A stretch of DNA of 59,956 nt, filler included, from Basidiobolus meristosporus CBS 931.73 (Eukaryota; Fungi; Basidiobolomycota), in the NCBI GenBank assembly GCA_002104905.1. It is 3 parts of 3 records of this genome, joined end to end, with 100 filler letters (N's around TTAATTAATTAA, not from the genome) between each part and the next. Parts side by side here need not be neighbours in the genome. Positions count along the whole stretch, not along the records: positions 40,818 to 59,956 come from MCFE01001042.1; 2 more parts are not named here. The stretch is one strand, 5' to 3'. Within the stretch, counting starts at the first letter, position 1. Each line of letters opens with the position of its first letter. The notes beneath the pieces were generated by a model, which worked only from the letters and a program-made list of their open reading frames with translations, had not been told where the DNA came from and searched no databases. A program made the position numbers and the translations under genes. This document shows positions 57,901 to 59,956 of this stretch, piece by piece.

Positions 57901-59956
57901 CACGGTTTCCTGGGAGTGTCCTGTGGTCTAGGGTTGGAAGTTCAGGTAGCAGCAGGTAGCAGTGATCACACTAATCAACAAGTTGGTATATTGATAAAAG
58001 GGATGATGATTTATTGTTGAGGGATAGCCTCCCTTATATACTTTTCTTACTGGCTAAGTGATTACTAATCATGGTGTTCCAGAAGGTTCCGGATATCAAT
58101 AGAAATCTTAATGACATCAGAATGACCTAAGAATGTTCTAAGTGGGTGCCGGAAGGTTCTAAGAGGCACAGCACATCCAACCAATCAGGAATCAGTATTC
58201 TGAAACCTGTGTAACATGGGGATACCATATATGGTATGGAAATGGTAGGGATGGTGACACGGGTTGATCATGTGTCACGGGTACTGGCGCGGGTACTTGC
58301 CTAATATAGAAGAACTTGTAACTAGTAATCTTACATAAAGTGAGGGGTAACTTATGCAATAAGGTAGCAGGTGTGATAGTCAACCGGCTTATGGGATAGT
58401 ACTGATTGGGTAAGACAAAATGGGATAAAACTAAAATGAGTGTAGTAGGGATATAGGGAAGTAGAAAATAAGGGAATGAGCACATCTGTCAGTGGGTGTC
58501 ACTGTCACCCCACTACAGCGTCATGAATGTTGCAGTGGCATTGATGAGGCCAAAACTCATGACTAAGTACTTGTAATGTCCATATCTGGTCCTGAATGCC
58601 GTCTTGGGGATGTCTTCTGGCTTCACCCAAATCTGGTTGTATCCTGACATGAGGTCAATCTTGCTGAAAATAGTGGCTCCATTAAGTTGGTCTAAAAGCT
58701 CATCAATCCAAGGTATGGGGTACTTATTCTTGACGGTAACTGAGTTCAGGGCTCTGTAGTCAATGCACATCCTAAGTGTTCCATCCTTCTTTTTCACAAA
58801 AAGCACTGGTGCTCCCCAGGGTGACTTGCTGGGCCTGATGTATCCTTGCTCCAATAGCTGATCAATTTGTCTCTTCATTTCCTCCAATTCTAATGGACTC
58901 ATTCTGTAAGGTGTCTTGCTCACTGGAGGGCTATCTCCTGTGTCAATGGCATGATCCACGTCTCTGACTGGTGGTAGGCTTACAAGCTCATCTGGGAACA
59001 CGTCAGAATATTTCTTCAAGAGAGTCTGGACCTGTTGGGGTGCTGGGGTAGAGGAATCCTCCTGTAATACTGCCATGAGGAACATCTTGGTACCTTTTCT
59101 AAGTGCTCTACAGAACTGGGTCTTGCTAAGTTCACTTGTCTCACACACACTGGAATTGATCAAGTGGAAATCCAGCATGGCAGGTAATAGCTCATAGGTC
59201 TTGTTGTCTTTTTGGATCTGAGTAGCATGGGTTCTCCAGTTGATTGATGGATTACAACAAAATAGCCAGGTTTTTCCAAGTACAAGGTCAAACTTGCAGT
59301 TCCCAAATATATAAGCCTGTAGGTCTTCTTAATAGTCATTGATCTTCATTCTTACTGGCTGGGTAATACGGTTGATTATGTGGGAGTTCCCATCAGCTGT
59401 GGAAACTGAAGTTGATTTGGTAGGTTCCAAGTTGATTCCAGCTTTCAAAGCAAATTGCTCTGACATGTACTCATGCAATGCTCCTGAGTCAATCATGATC
59501 TTGGCAGGTACTCCATTGATCACTCCATTCAAGTACAATAACTTCCCTGAGTTTGAAGTCATTTGGGACAAGTACTCTTCTGTCATATGGAAGGTGAGTT
59601 CCGAGTCTTCTTCAAGCTCATCTTCCACATTACTGTGTTCATGGGACTCAATATGGTTGAAGGTTCTTGTTGGCTGGTGTCCATTTCTTCTCTGAGGGCA
59701 GTACTTTGCAATATGTCCCTGCTGGTGGCAATTGAAGCAAAGTCCTCTCTTCTTGCATTCTTCTGAGGAGGGATTCTTCTGCATAGCGTCTATTTCCATT
59801 AGTACTGCTGCTGATTGTCTTCTTTCATAATGATTATAGCCTTTCTGATTAGTCACTGTAGGCTTCCCAACTCCAAACATAGCTGAGTCATAGTCAATGG
59901 CAATCTTGATGGCTTCTTCAATAGTCTGAGGTCTTTGGTAATTGACTTCCTTGCGA
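54921..59956 (-). mobile_element. Ty3/gypsy LTR retrotransposon (PR-RT-RH-IN), runs off the window, interrupted by a solo LTR
   Basis: CCHC knuckle, MIDSGA, SPWGAP, YLDD, DASDY, H2C2, WGIDF, YHPRTNG. PPT 55289-55300. 3' LTR 54921-55288 (TGTTA..TAACA). Confidence 0.93.
57447..58517. mobile_element. 1,071-bp solo LTR inserted in the gypsy RT
   Basis: TGTGGTGG..CCACTACA with GCGT duplicated at 57443-46 and 58518-21; removal restores FMTLMQTVF. Confidence 0.88.

Overview
Eukaryotic DNA with short GT-AG introns. It is probably from an early-diverging fungus; a Basidiobolus-like lineage is my inference, not a search result. The window contains two artificial 100-bp gaps (28133-28232, 40718-40817). 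(1) 1-16.4 kb is a CpG-depleted TE nest: an APE+RT LINE, ORF1-only and non-coding elements that share its 3' hairpin tail, 155-bp and 101-bp tandem arrays, and a decayed copia element. (2) 16.4-40.7 kb is CpG-retaining gene space with three paralog pairs that have near-identical cores (Amt/Mep tandem pair, L-LDH divergent pair, Hsp104/ClpB divergent pair in which one copy lacks the N-domain). It also holds a methyltransferase, a Rieske-domain gene, a TFIIS central-domain-only gene and a CBM9-like gene. (3) 40.8-60 kb is a second TE nest of gypsy and EnSpm/CACTA-like remnants. The key observation is a 5,823-bp non-coding element (45063-50885) with ~185-bp terminal inverted repeats and a probable 3-bp ATT target duplication. 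It carries 17 different eukaryotic tRNA genes for 14 amino acids and has inserted into, and split, an EnSpm/CACTA-like transposase reading frame. It appears to be a DNA transposon whose cargo is a tRNA array.
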